Assembly: GCA_963822965.1 (NCBI GenBank)
Contig: CAWGJT010000013.1
Coordinates: 96,001 to 160,000, forward strand
DNA: 64,000 nucleotides
Direction of reading: 5' to 3'
Origin: an uncultured delta proteobacterium
Lineage (GTDB): Bacteria; Myxococcota_A; UBA9160; UBA4427
Below are positions 48,222 to 58,146 of this stretch, one piece after another. How positions within the stretch are numbered: the stretch's first letter is position 1; every line of letters starts with the position of its first letter. Position numbers and translations under genes: made by a program. The notes under the pieces are model-generated. The model made no database searches. It saw only the letters and a program-made list of their open reading frames with translations, and had not been told where the DNA came from.

Positions 48222-50135
48222 CTACTCCTCTGCTTCGGACGGAAAGCCCAGCCGGTGAAGCTCCTTACGCAGGGGAGTTCCGCTTTCGAGCAGCTCGCGC
48301 AGGGCCGCCACGGCGGGCCGGTCCCAGCGGCTCTCGGGTACGACGAAGTCGTAATGTTCGGCGCGCAACGGACGGAAGCGCAGCCCGGCCTGCCGGGCCA
48401 CCGTCTCGATGGTGACGCCCCAGTCCGCCCGCTTCTGGGCGATGGCCGCCGCCACCGCGTAGTGGGAGCGGGGCTCGTAGGCGTAGCCGGGCGGCCGTCG
48501 GTCGCCCAGCAGCCCGTCGATCAGGACGCGCGTTCCCGCCCCCCGGTTGCGGTTGACCATCCGCAACGAGGGGTCTGCGAGCAGCTCCTCGGTGTCGCGG
48601 AGCTCGTCGGCCCGGGTGGCCACGCCCTGCATGCGGGAGTAGCCCCGCACGAGCCGCATGCCGGCTTCCAGGAAGGGCTCGTTGTAGCGACCGCTCGCCG
48701 TGTCGAGCAGGTGAATCGGCGCCACGTCGCACTCGCCGCGGCGCGCGGCCGCCAGCCCGCCCTGGCTGCCCACCGCGAGCAGCTTGACGGTGTACCCCTG
48801 CCGGGCGAGGCGGCTCGCAACGAGGTCGAGGCCCGCGCAGTGGCTGCCGATCACCACGAGGTCCGCAAGCGGCAGGTCGCGCCCGACGAGCGTCACCTCG
48901 ACCGGGGTGTCGGCCTCGACGATCTCGGTGTTGCGGCCGATGCGCACGAAGCCGTCCGCACGGCTGAACGCGGTGACGCTGCCGCTGCCCTTGCCCATGG
49001 GGTAGGCGGCCAGCTCGCCGTCGCTCCGCTCCACGAGACCCACGAGCAGGTACTCGAGACGCCCGCGCTCGGAGTTGGTCTGCAGGGCGAGGCGCGCGCT
49101 GCGCACCTCGCGCCGCTCGGCGCCGAGCCCGGCCATCGACCGGATGACGGGCGCCACGAACTCGTGGAAGGTGAAGATCGCCGACGTCGGAAAGCCCGGC
49201 AGGATCACCACCGGTCGCGTTCCCTGGGCGGCGAGGCAGATCGGCTTGCCGGGCTTCAGCGCCACGCCGTGCACGATCACCCCGGGATCGAGCTCGCCCA
49301 CGGCCAGACCGTTGAGATCGCCCTCGCCCTTCGACGTGCCCCCGGAGAGGAGCACGACGTCGCTGTGCTCGAGCGCGCGGGCGAGCGCCGCGCGAAGTTC
49401 GTCCAGGTCGTCGCGGAAGGCGCCGAGGAAGTGCGCCTCGCCGCCGAGCTCGGTCACGGCGTCGGCCAGGATTCGCCCGTTGCTGTCGTGGACCAGGCCC
49501 GGGCGCATGGCTCCCCCCGGCTGCACGATCTCGTCGCCCGTCGAGAGGATCGCGACGCGCGGGCGACGGTGGACGCGGACCCTCGCGCAGCCGATCGCCG
49601 CCAACAGCCCCGTCTCCCGGGACGTGAGCCGAGTGCCCGCGAAGAGCACCGTCTCGCCGGCCCCCATGTCGGTGCCCGCGAACGACACCGCGGCGCCGGG
49701 CACGCGCGGCTGCCGCACGATCACCGTCGGCGCCCCGCTCTCGTCGCGGCCGGGATCCGTGTGCTCGACCGGCACGACGGCGTCGGCACCGCGGGGCAGC
49801 ATGCCGCCGGTCGCGATGGGGGTCGCCGTGCCCTCCGTCACCTCGAGCCGCGGCTCGACCCCCGTCGGAATCGACTCCGCATTGCGGCGCAGGACGACGG
49901 GCTGCTCCTCGGCAGCGCCGTAGGTATCCGCGGCGCGCACCGCGAAGCCGTCCATGTTGGACCGATCGAAGCCGGGCACGTCGACGCTCGAGCGGACGTC
50001 CTCCGCCAGCACGCGCCCGAGCGCCTCTTCGAGGGGCACCTCCTCGGCGTCGAGCGGGAGCGCCTCGATCACCTGGCGCCAGCGCCGCTCGGCCTCGTCG
50101 CGGTCGAGCACCTCGAGGAACTGGCTCTGCTTCAC
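48222..50135 (-). CDS. moeA: Molybdopterin biosynthesis protein MoeA fused to a periplasmic-binding-protein-like domain
   Basis: GRVLAEDV, SNMDGFA, STGDE, SGGTSKG, KPGKP, LPGFP; C-terminal GSHC, GSQGGL, NRNRGAGTR; GTG overlaps the upstream stop. Confidence 0.92.
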   Translation of the reverse strand: MKQSQFLEVLDRDEAERRWRQVIEALPLDAEEVPLEEALGRVLAEDVRSSVDVPGFDRSNMDGFAVRAADTYGAAEEQPVVLRRNAESIPTGVEPRLEVTEGTATPIATGGMLPRGADAVVPVEHTDPGRDESGAPTVIVRQPRVPGAAVSFAGTDMGAGETVLFAGTRLTSRETGLLAAIGCARVRVHRRPRVAILSTGDEIVQPGGAMRPGLVHDSNGRILADAVTELGGEAHFLGAFRDDLDELRAALARALEHSDVVLLSGGTSKGEGDLNGLAVGELDPGVIVHGVALKPGKPICLAAQGTRPVVILPGFPTSAIFTFHEFVAPVIRSMAGLGAERREVRSARLALQTNSERGRLEYLLVGLVERSDGELAAYPMGKGSGSVTAFSRADGFVRIGRNTEIVEADTPVEVTLVGRDLPLADLVVIGSHCAGLDLVASRLARQGYTVKLLAVGSQGGLAAARRGECDVAPIHLLDTASGRYNEPFLEAGMRLVRGYSRMQGVATRADELRDTEELLADPSLRMVNRNRGAGTRVLIDGLLGDRRPPGYAYEPRSHYAVAAAIAQKRADWGVTIETVARQAGLRFRPLRAEHYDFVVPESRWDRPAVAALRELLESGTPLRKELHRLGFPSEAEE

Positions 50136-51367
50136 GTCGGGTCCTCGTCGTAGAGCAGCACCTCGACCTCGCGGCCTTCCGGCATGCCCTCCTGCTCGCG
50201 CGGAACGATCACACAGCCGGCCGCACGCACCGTGGAAGACAGGATCGAGGCGCCCGAGGTCGAGAGCGGCACCGCCTGGCCCGACTCGACCGCCACGCGC
50301 ACGTAGTCCGTGCGACCCACCGCCGAAGCGATCTTCCGGGCCAGGGGAAGCCGCGCGCGACGGTGCGGCCATGTCCGCGAGCGGCCGCCGAGGAGCCGGA
50401 TCGCGGGTCCCGCGAAGAACTCGTAGGCGCACAGGCAGCTCACGGGATTGCCCGGCAGCAGGAACACGAAGCGCTCTTCGATGCGCCCCACGCCCGCCGG
50501 GCTCGACGGTCGCATGGAGACCCCGTGGAACGCGAGCTCGCCCAGCTCCGCGAGCAGGCGTGGCGCATGATCTTCCTGACCGACCGAGCTCCCCCCCGAG
50601 ACCAGCACCACGTCGGCGCCGGGCGCCGCCATCGCCTCGCGAATGCGTTCCGGCCGATCGGGCAGGATCTCGAAGGGCAGCACCTCTCCGCCGTCCCGCT
50701 GCACCAGTGCCCGCACGACCACGGAGTTGCTGTCGACGATGCGCGAGCCCTCGGGCCGACTGCCCGCGGGCAGCAGCTCGTCGCCCGTCACCACCAGCCG
50801 GACGCGCGGGCGACGCACGCACGAGACCTCCGCACGGCCGATGGAGGAGAGCAGGCCGGCGTCCTGGGCCCGGAGCCGGCGGCCCGCCCGCAGCACGACG
50901 TCGCCCGGCGCGATGTCCTCGCCCACGGCGCCGACGTTCTTCTTCGGCGCGACGGCGTCCCGGACCTGGACGCGGCCGCTCTCCTCGCTGCACACCTCGG
51001 CCATCACCACGGCGTCCGCGCCTTCCGGGACGGGCGCACCCGTCATGATGCGCACGGCCTGGCCCGCCGCGACACGCCCCGGGAACGGCGCACCGGGCAG
51101 GGAGGTGCCCACCAGCTCGAGGGGGATCGGGTCGTACTCCGAGGCGCCGAAGGTGTCCTCGCCCCGCACTGCGTAGCCGTCCATCGCCGAGCGCGGGAAG
51201 CCGGGCACCGCGTACTCCGCCGAGACGTCCTCGGCCAGGACGCGGCCCACGCACGCGAGCAGGGCCACGGGCTCGGCGTCGAGCGGCCGGGCGTGGCCGA
51301 GGATCCAGGCCCCGACCTGCTCCACGTCGGCCCGCTCCGCGAAGCCCTTCATGCGAACGTCGCGCAT
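50132..51367 (-). CDS. moeA: Molybdopterin molybdo/tungstotransferase MoeA (Glp)
   Basis: SAMDGYA, IMTGAPVPEGADAV, TGDEL, SGGSSVG..D, LPGNPVS. Confidence 0.92.
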   Translation of the reverse strand: MRDVRMKGFAERADVEQVGAWILGHARPLDAEPVALLACVGRVLAEDVSAEYAVPGFPRSAMDGYAVRGEDTFGASEYDPIPLELVGTSLPGAPFPGRVAAGQAVRIMTGAPVPEGADAVVMAEVCSEESGRVQVRDAVAPKKNVGAVGEDIAPGDVVLRAGRRLRAQDAGLLSSIGRAEVSCVRRPRVRLVVTGDELLPAGSRPEGSRIVDSNSVVVRALVQRDGGEVLPFEILPDRPERIREAMAAPGADVVLVSGGSSVGQEDHAPRLLAELGELAFHGVSMRPSSPAGVGRIEERFVFLLPGNPVSCLCAYEFFAGPAIRLLGGRSRTWPHRRARLPLARKIASAVGRTDYVRVAVESGQAVPLSTSGASILSSTVRAAGCVIVPREQEGMPEGREVEVLLYDEDPT

Positions 51368-51557
51368 GGCTTCCCCGGTCCTCGAAGCGGCTCGGGCAGG
51401 AGGTCCGAAGGCCCCCTGCCCGAACGGCGCGATGTCGACGCGGTGCATGGACCGCGTCGACCCGATCTCCCGTGCGGCGCCGCTCCTAGCTGAGGGCGCC
51501 CCTCGGGCTCCCTTTGCCGTGGAACCGCGACCCAAGACGAAGTCTTGGGTCGCGCTC

Positions 51558-53291
51558 CTAGCCCGAGGCCTTGACGGCGAACATCGAGTCCCGGATCGGG
51601 AAGCGGACCTTCGCCGCCGCGATGGTCGCAGCGTCCACGTCGAACTTGAGCGAGTGGTCCGGCCCGATGCCCTCGTCGGTCATGCAGGCGGGCAGGACGT
51701 CGTCCTCCGGCTTCCATCCCGCCAGCGCGTTGAACTTCCACTCGTCCTCGAGGCACTCCCAGCCGAGGTCCGCGATCTGCTCCCGGGAGATCTCCTTGCC
51801 GTAGAGCAGCCCATAGTAGTTGCGCATGTCGTCCAGGGTGGGCTGCAGGAACTGGCAGAAGCCCGACGAATCGCACACGGCGTTGATGAGCTGCACCTCC
51901 TGGGACGACTGCGCGAACTCCGCCGGCGGCAGGCCCGGGTTCACGATCAGCCCCGCCGTGTGATCGGCGCCCATCGGACCCGAGGCGTAGGTGACGCCCG
52001 TGGCCTTGAGAGGACGGGGATCCCAGGCCGGGATCGCCTGCCCCCGAACCACCGGCACCCGCTTGTTGCCCGTGCGCTTGCCCGTGGCCACGGCCCCGTT
52101 TCCGATCGCCTTGCCGAGGTCGGTTCCCTCGGCGATCTCGTGCAGCAGCTTCTTGGCGCCCTCGGCGTCGCCCCAGTCGAGACCGCCGGCATCCATCAGG
52201 ATGGCGACGGCCGCGCCGGTCTCGATGGTGTCGAGCCCGATCTCGTCGCACAGCCGATCGAGGTCGGCGACGTCCTCCCAGCTCTGGATCGCGCAGTTCG
52301 CGCCGAGCAGGGTGAGGGTCTCGAACTCCAGAGCCGAGGTCTTGTAGTTGCCGTCCTTGTCGTGGACGATGTTGCTGCACTGCACGATGCATCCGGTCAT
52401 GCAGTTGTGCATGCCGCCGCCGCGCGTCTCGAAGCTCTCGACGATGCGAGCGCCCGAGAGGTTCTCGGCGTCCGGGGACTGCCCCTCGGTGCGGTTCTTG
52501 TACACGAAGGTGTTCAGCATGTTCGCCACGGGCACCACCGAGCTGGTGCCGAACTTGAACATCTGCGGGCCTTCCCGATACGCCTTCGTGTAGTCCTTGT
52601 TGGTGGCGTTGAACTGCTTGGATTCTGCAGCGCCGCGGAGCCGGGCCTTGCCGGGGTCGATGGCCACCCACTTCAGGCCCTTGCTGCCCATCACCGCGCC
52701 GAGACCGCCGCGGGCGGCGTGGCGCGCCGGCCGGCGCTCCTTGTCCTGGTCGGTGCAGGCCACCGAAGCCCCCGTGAGCCGCAGCTCGCCGGCGGGACCG
52801 ATGGAGATCGCCGACGCGGTCTTCGCGCGTCCGGCGAGCAGCTTCTCGCAGCACGCGTAGTTCCACATGCCCTTGTAGTCGTCGGCCGCCACGATGCGGG
52901 CGCCGTCCGCGTCCACCTCGAGCCCGTAACGCTTGTCGGGATCCGCCGGCTGGCCCTTCACGACGATCGCCCGGAAGCCGAGCTTCATCAGGTCCTGGCC
53001 GGGATTACCGCCCGCGTTGGCCTCCTTGATGCCGCCGGTGAGCGGGCTCTTGCCGCCGATGGAGATGCGACCGGAGGTGGGCGCCGCCGTCCCGGACATG
53101 ACGCCGGGCGCCATCACGAGGACGTTGTCGGGGCCGAGCGGGTCGCACTTGGGGTCGCACTCGTTCAGCAGGATCTTCGCGGACAGCCCGCGACCGCCGA
53201 TCAGCTTCCACTCGTCCGGATAGGGCTCGATGGAAACGGTCTGCGTGGTCATGTCGACGCGGATGAGGCGATCGCCTTCGGGTCCAGCCAT
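51558..53291 (-). CDS. Aldehyde:ferredoxin oxidoreductase family (AOR, usually tungstopterin)
   Basis: GGRGL, KSPLTGGIKEANAGG, IGPAGE, RGGLGAVMGSKGLK, CMTGCIVQC, EFET, CDEIGLDTI, DSSGFC. Confidence 0.93.
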   Translation of the reverse strand: MAGPEGDRLIRVDMTTQTVSIEPYPDEWKLIGGRGLSAKILLNECDPKCDPLGPDNVLVMAPGVMSGTAAPTSGRISIGGKSPLTGGIKEANAGGNPGQDLMKLGFRAIVVKGQPADPDKRYGLEVDADGARIVAADDYKGMWNYACCEKLLAGRAKTASAISIGPAGELRLTGASVACTDQDKERRPARHAARGGLGAVMGSKGLKWVAIDPGKARLRGAAESKQFNATNKDYTKAYREGPQMFKFGTSSVVPVANMLNTFVYKNRTEGQSPDAENLSGARIVESFETRGGGMHNCMTGCIVQCSNIVHDKDGNYKTSALEFETLTLLGANCAIQSWEDVADLDRLCDEIGLDTIETGAAVAILMDAGGLDWGDAEGAKKLLHEIAEGTDLGKAIGNGAVATGKRTGNKRVPVVRGQAIPAWDPRPLKATGVTYASGPMGADHTAGLIVNPGLPPAEFAQSSQEVQLINAVCDSSGFCQFLQPTLDDMRNYYGLLYGKEISREQIADLGWECLEDEWKFNALAGWKPEDDVLPACMTDEGIGPDHSLKFDVDAATIAAAKVRFPIRDSMFAVKASG

Positions 53292-53393
53292 GGTGTCTCC
53301 TTCCTCCTGATCTCTGAAACTCGACTCTCGACGAGTCCTCGTGTGCATGCTTCGCGGCGAGGCTCCGGCGCGCTGCCGTCGGCCGCCGGCCTT

Positions 53394-53663
53394 TCAGCCC
53401 CCCGCGATCGCGGCCAGGACTTCCACGCGGTCGCTCGCTACGACCGGCGTTTCGAGCGCGTCCGCCTCGAGCTGCACCTCGTTGACGAAGAGCTTGACGA
53501 ACGGGTGCTGCCGGCCCTTCGGGTCGAGCACCAGCTCGAGGAAGCCGGGGTACTGCTCCTCCACCGACTGGAGACAGTCGCGAACCGTGGCCCCGGCGAC
53601 GTCGACCTCGGCCTCGCCCCGGGTCGGTGCGCGATAGGCACTCGGAATCAACACGAGGGGCAT
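53394..53663 (-). CDS. moaD: MoaD/ThiS family sulfur carrier
   Basis: Ubiquitin-like size; C-terminal AIAGG; adjacent to aor and moeA. Confidence 0.88.
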   Translation of the reverse strand: MPLVLIPSAYRAPTRGEAEVDVAGATVRDCLQSVEEQYPGFLELVLDPKGRQHPFVKLFVNEVQLEADALETPVVASDRVEVLAAIAGG

Positions 53664-53865
53664 GTGCGGTATGGAGTCTCCGGCGGGCGCAAAGCTAGAA
53701 GGGCAGTCTAGCCAGAAATCCCCACCGCTGAAAACCCCGTGAAACCATGGACTTGGCGACAGCCGATCCCAAGGGGCCGCGGCCGGGGCGCAACGCCCTC
53801 GTGCGGACCGTCGTCACGGGGTGGATGCCACGTGCAGGCGGTGGATCGGGCAGGCTGAGGCGGCG

Positions 53866-54347
53866 GGGGCGTTCCGGTCCTCTGACGGGGCTCGTGCCTT
53901 CTGGCTCGTCGCGAAGCGCCTGCGTCTCCGTCAAGGGGGTCACAAGCTCTCGGGGCTTTCGTCGCCGCCCCGCTCGATCATCGACCGGAACGGCTGCCCC
54001 TCGGTCTCCGCGTCTTCGTTTTGGAAGCTCCCGAGCCCGGAACGTCCTCCCGCACCACGAGCCGAAGCGGCGCTTCCACGACGTCCGGCCGAGCCTTCTC
54101 GAGCGGGCTCCGCCGGGTCCTTCCGCGTGCTTCGGGCCTGCCCCCTCCCACCGACTCTGCTCTCGCGAGTCGTCGCGGACGCTCTCCGGCTCGTTGCGGG
54201 ACAACGGACACCGCTTTGCGAGCCCGAGACGACGACCGCTGCCTGACGCCCCGTCGGGGCGCACTCGCGATCCATACGTCGACCCGTCGACGACCAACGG
54301 GGTCGGTGAGAGCGGGACCTCAGTCCTCTCGTCTCTGGACCGACGTA
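53866..54347. ncRNA. Candidate large structured non-coding RNA (family unrecognised)
   Basis: About a dozen complementary segment pairs, several nested; no convincing ORF in an 800-nt gap. Confidence 0.4.
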
Positions 54348-54473
54348 CACGGGCAAGTTAGTCCTCGCATGGCGGGCAGACAATCAGGCGTTTCCCCCAC
54401 TCTCCTTCGTACGTGGCTTCACGCGCGTTCTCCACACCTACCGGGCGAGCTCCGCACCCGAAGCCGGACGGCT

Positions 54474-54794
54474 TCAGCGCCGGACCAGCCAGGCCACCGT
54501 GGCGCCCCAACCTCCTCGCCCCGGAGGCGCCTCCTCGAATCGCTCGACGCGTGTGTCGACCGCGAGGAAGCGTCTCACGCGCGCGCGTTGCACGCCCTTG
54601 CCTCGGCCGTGGATCAGCCGCACCTGCGTGAAGCCCCGCTCGAGGGCCGCTTCGAGGTAGGCGTCCACCACGCCTTCCAGCTCCGACGGCTGGAAGTGGT
54701 GCAGATCGATCGAGTCGCCGATCTCGACCACGATCGGCTCTTCGACGCCGGGTCGATCCGGCTCTTCGGGATTCCCGTTCCGGCTTCTCGACAC
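54474..54794 (-). CDS. Smr/MutS2 domain protein
   Basis: IDLHHF, LIHGRGKG, GGWGAT. Confidence 0.9.
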   Translation of the reverse strand: MSRSRNGNPEEPDRPGVEEPIVVEIGDSIDLHHFQPSELEGVVDAYLEAALERGFTQVRLIHGRGKGVQRARVRRFLAVDTRVERFEEAPPGRGGWGATVAWLVRR

Positions 54795-54995
54795 GCCGCA
54801 ATTGCACCACGAAACCCGGTGCCCGAGAAGGGGAATGACGGGCGCGGTGGCCACCGACGCGACCCGCCGGCTATGCTGACCCCGCCGGGGTCCGCGCCAG
54901 CCGGCCGCGTGCTGGGTTGCCTGTTCGGGGCAGCCGGGCTTCGTGGCGGGGCAGCCGGGCTTCGCGGGGAACCGCGCCTTCAGCGGGGGAGACGA

Positions 54996-56390
54996 GTGGC
55001 ACGCCGCATCATCGTCTGCGACGGCGCCGAGACCGCACGGCTCTGGGGCCGGATCGGCGCAGCCGAGAACGAAGTGCTCACGTGGGTACCCCGCGAGGGG
55101 GAGTCCCGCGCGCGTCCCCCGGGATTCCGGATCCTCCAGGGCGGCCTCACCGCCGACGCCTTCCAGAAGCTCGAGCCCACCGCGGTGGACGAGTACGCGC
55201 TGGCGACCGACGACGGGCCCTGGATCCGCAGCGCGGTCCCCGCCATCGCGCAGATCGCCCCCGAGGCGCCGATCCTGCTGCTGACCGACACCCTCACCGA
55301 GGACGACCTGCCCGGTCACCCCTGCCTGCGACGGACCGGGCTCAAGACCCTGATCCGGGACGACATCGACGACGAGTTCGACCACCTCTCGAACCTGCGG
55401 CGGGTGACCGAGATCCGGCAGCTGCTGGATCCTCGCGAGAAGGTGGGCATCCTGCTTCAGCCCGACCCCGATCCCGACGGCATCGCGTGCGGCTTCGCGC
55501 TGCGCGCCCTGCTCGGGCGCAAGCGGCCCACCGCGCCGCTCATCTCCTTCGGCCCCGTGCAGCGTCCCGAGAACAAGGCCCTGGTGCAGGCCCTCGGTCT
55601 CGAGGTGCGCGTGATCACACCCGACGAGCTCGACGAGTTCGACGGCCTGGCGCTCGTGGACGTGCAGCCGAACGTGTTCGGCGAGAACGCGCCCGCCCGG
55701 GTGCGCTCGGTGGACGTCGTCATCGACCACCACCCGGAGCGCACCGGCTACGACGCCATCATCAAGGACATCCGTCCGAGCTACGGAGCCACCTCGACCA
55801 TCCTCACGGAGTACCTCCGCGCCGCGAAGATGGAGGCGAGCACCGGCCTGATGACCGGGCTCCTCTACGGCATCAAGAGCGACACCCAGTATCTCGGACG
55901 CCAGACCAGCAAGCGGGACATGTCGTCCTTCGCGTACCTGCACGCGTACCACAGCCCGGCGCTGCTGCAGCGCATCGAGCGACCGGCCCTGCCGATCGAC
56001 GGCCTGCGCGCCCTGGGACGCGCTCTCTCCCACACGGAGGTGCGGGACGGAATCCACGTGCTGGTGCTCGGGCGCGTGCGCGAGGACGTGATCCCGCAGG
56101 TGGCCGACATGGCGCTGCAGGCCGAGGGCGCGGAGTGGGCGGTCGCCGCGGGCATCGTCGGCGCAGACCTCGTCTTCTCGGTTCGCAACGTCGGGTACGT
56201 GCGCGCCGCCGGCGACGTGGTGCGCGCCGTCGTGGAGGGACTCGGAGTGGGCGGCGGCCACCGCTCGATGGCCAAGGGCATCATTCCGCTGAAGGCGTTC
56301 CGCAAGGTCTATCGGACTGCCGACCGGCAGCGCATCCGCAGCGCGCTCTTCGACGCCTTCGTGCGCGCGATCCGTCGCGACGAGGCCTGA
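54996..56390 (+). CDS. DHH/DHHA1 family phosphoesterase with N-terminal extension
   Basis: [40 protein letters not shown]. Confidence 0.88.
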   Translation: MARRIIVCDGAETARLWGRIGAAENEVLTWVPREGESRARPPGFRILQGGLTADAFQKLEPTAVDEYALATDDGPWIRSAVPAIAQIAPEAPILLLTDTLTEDDLPGHPCLRRTGLKTLIRDDIDDEFDHLSNLRRVTEIRQLLDPREKVGILLQPDPDPDGIACGFALRALLGRKRPTAPLISFGPVQRPENKALVQALGLEVRVITPDELDEFDGLALVDVQPNVFGENAPARVRSVDVVIDHHPERTGYDAIIKDIRPSYGATSTILTEYLRAAKMEASTGLMTGLLYGIKSDTQYLGRQTSKRDMSSFAYLHAYHSPALLQRIERPALPIDGLRALGRALSHTEVRDGIHVLVLGRVREDVIPQVADMALQAEGAEWAVAAGIVGADLVFSVRNVGYVRAAGDVVRAVVEGLGVGGGHRSMAKGIIPLKAFRKVYRTADRQRIRSALFDAFVRAIRRDEA

Positions 56391-56392
56391 GG

Positions 56393-56698
56393 GTGCCCCG
56401 CATCGCCGCGCTCGAGAAGACCGAGCTGGAGGCCGCGGTCGCGACGCTTCCCGGCTGGGCGCTCGACCAGGACAAGCTCTATCGGGAGTTCGTCTTCGAC
56501 GACTTCAACGAGGCGTTCGGCTTCATGAGCCGTGTGGCGCTGGCCGCCGAGGCTGCGAACCACCATCCGGAGTGGTTCAACGTCTACAATCGGGTCCGGG
56601 TCCACCTCACCACCCACGACGCCGGCGGCGTCACCCAGCGCGACCTCGAGCTGGCGGCGCGCATGAACGCCTACTTCGGCTCGTCCGCGGGTCGCTGA
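56393..56698 (+). CDS. Pterin-4-alpha-carbinolamine dehydratase
   Basis: [17 protein letters not shown]...THDAGG. Confidence 0.93.
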   Translation: MPRIAALEKTELEAAVATLPGWALDQDKLYREFVFDDFNEAFGFMSRVALAAEAANHHPEWFNVYNRVRVHLTTHDAGGVTQRDLELAARMNAYFGSSAGR

Positions 56699-56704
56699 CG
56701 AGCG

Positions 56705-57199
56705 ATGCCGAAGCCGAACGTCGTTCCGAACGTCGAGGCGCTGAAGGAGTGGATCGATCGCCCCCTCGGCAAGACCGAGTGGAGCCCCGTCACCCAGGAG
56801 CAGATCCGCGCCTTCGCGGACGCCACCGACGACCACCAGTGGATCCACGTGGACGTGGAGCGCGCGAGCCGGGAATCGCCGTTCGGCGGACCCATCGCCC
56901 ACGGCTACCTCACCCTGGCGCTGGTGCCGAGGCTCCTGTCCGAGCTCCTCGAGGTCGAGCGGCTGGGCCGCGTGGTCAACGCAGGCATCGAGAAGCTGCG
57001 CCTGCCGGCGGCGGTTCCGGCCGGGGCGCGCGTGCGACTGGGCGCGACGATCAAGAGCGTGCGGGACCTGCCGAGCGGCGGCTCGCGGGTGGCCCTCGCG
57101 GTCACGATGGAGGTCGAGGGCTCCGCCCGGCCGGCGCTGACGGGCCGGGTCGTCTACCTCTACTTTCCCGAGAGCGCCTCCGAGCGATCCCTGCCCTGA
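56705..57199 (+). CDS. MaoC family dehydratase
   Basis: FADATDDHQWIHVD...PFGGPIAHGYLT. Confidence 0.92.
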   Translation: MPKPNVVPNVEALKEWIDRPLGKTEWSPVTQEQIRAFADATDDHQWIHVDVERASRESPFGGPIAHGYLTLALVPRLLSELLEVERLGRVVNAGIEKLRLPAAVPAGARVRLGATIKSVRDLPSGGSRVALAVTMEVEGSARPALTGRVVYLYFPESASERSLP

Positions 57200-57226
57200 C
57201 CGTTCCGGCGGCGCGGCCGCCGACGA

Positions 57227-58111
57227 TCACTCGTCGAGGAAATCCCGCACCACGCGCAGGAACTCGTCCAGCTGGTCGTGGTGGACCCAGTGCTCGGCGC
57301 CGTCGATCCCGACGCTCCGGGCGCTCTGGAAGGCGCTCATGCGGCCGTCCTTCTCGGGGTCGCCCGCCCAGCTCTGCATCCCCCGCACGAGGAGCGTCGG
57401 GCACGTGATGCGGCCCCACTGACGCCGCAGCTCCCCCATGTCGTAGCGCTGCGGAAAGAAGACGCGCACGTAGTTGTCGAACTTCCAGCTGTAGGTGCCG
57501 TCCTCGTTGCGGGCGACGCCGTGCACCGTGAGGTGACGCGCCTGCTCGGGCGTGAGGAAGGAGTTCTCCTCGATCATGCGGGCCGCGGCGGCCTCGATGC
57601 TCGGGTAGCGCCGCGGCAGCCGCGCCGAGAACTGGCGCACCTGGCGGATCCATTCGTCCGTGCGCTCCCAGATCGGCTTCGAGAGGCGCCCCTCGAACAT
57701 GGCCGGAGGCGGACCGAGGCCCTCGATGCTGACGAGCTTCGCGACGTTCTCGGGATAGATCGACGCGTAATGTGTCGCCACGGACCCGCCCAGGGAGTGG
57801 CCGAGCAGGGTCACCGGGAAGAGGTCGAGGGTGATCAGCAGCTGGGCGATGTCGAGGACGAACTCCTGCACCGTGTAGTGGCCGCCGATCGCCCAGGCGC
57901 TGTCGCCGTGCCCGCGCAGGTCGGGGGCGATCACGTGCCAGTCCTCGCGCAGCTCCCGGGCCACCCAGTCCCAGCTGCGGGCGTGGTCCCGCCCGCCGTG
58001 GATCAGGACGAGAGGCGGCTTGTCCTCGTTGCCCCAGTCCACGAAGTGGAGCCGCAGGCGTTGGGAGACGTAGTAGCTGGAGGCGGGTCCGATGATCTCG
58101 GGGCTCGTCAT
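57227..58111 (-). CDS. Alpha/beta hydrolase
   Basis: HGG, DLRGHGDS, GHSLGG, C-terminal His (AEHWVH). Confidence 0.92.
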   Translation of the reverse strand: MTSPEIIGPASSYYVSQRLRLHFVDWGNEDKPPLVLIHGGRDHARSWDWVARELREDWHVIAPDLRGHGDSAWAIGGHYTVQEFVLDIAQLLITLDLFPVTLLGHSLGGSVATHYASIYPENVAKLVSIEGLGPPPAMFEGRLSKPIWERTDEWIRQVRQFSARLPRRYPSIEAAAARMIEENSFLTPEQARHLTVHGVARNEDGTYSWKFDNYVRVFFPQRYDMGELRRQWGRITCPTLLVRGMQSWAGDPEKDGRMSAFQSARSVGIDGAEHWVHHDQLDEFLRVVRDFLDE

Positions 58112-58146
58112 GCCGGGACTCTAGCGGCCGCGGTATGCTCGCCTCC

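Noticed and set aside
50136..51254. Apparent 1010-aa MoeA with a long N-terminal extension
   Set aside because: The extension is an alternative frame over the upstream moeA; the real start is the coupled GTG at 50135
53866..54347. RNase P RNA, tmRNA, SRP RNA, Moco riboswitch or retron msr-msd as the identity of the structured region
   Set aside because: I could not find their signature sequences (for example GAGGAAAGUCC, tRNA-like CCA end, SRP GGAAGCAGC), and no reverse transcriptase gene is present
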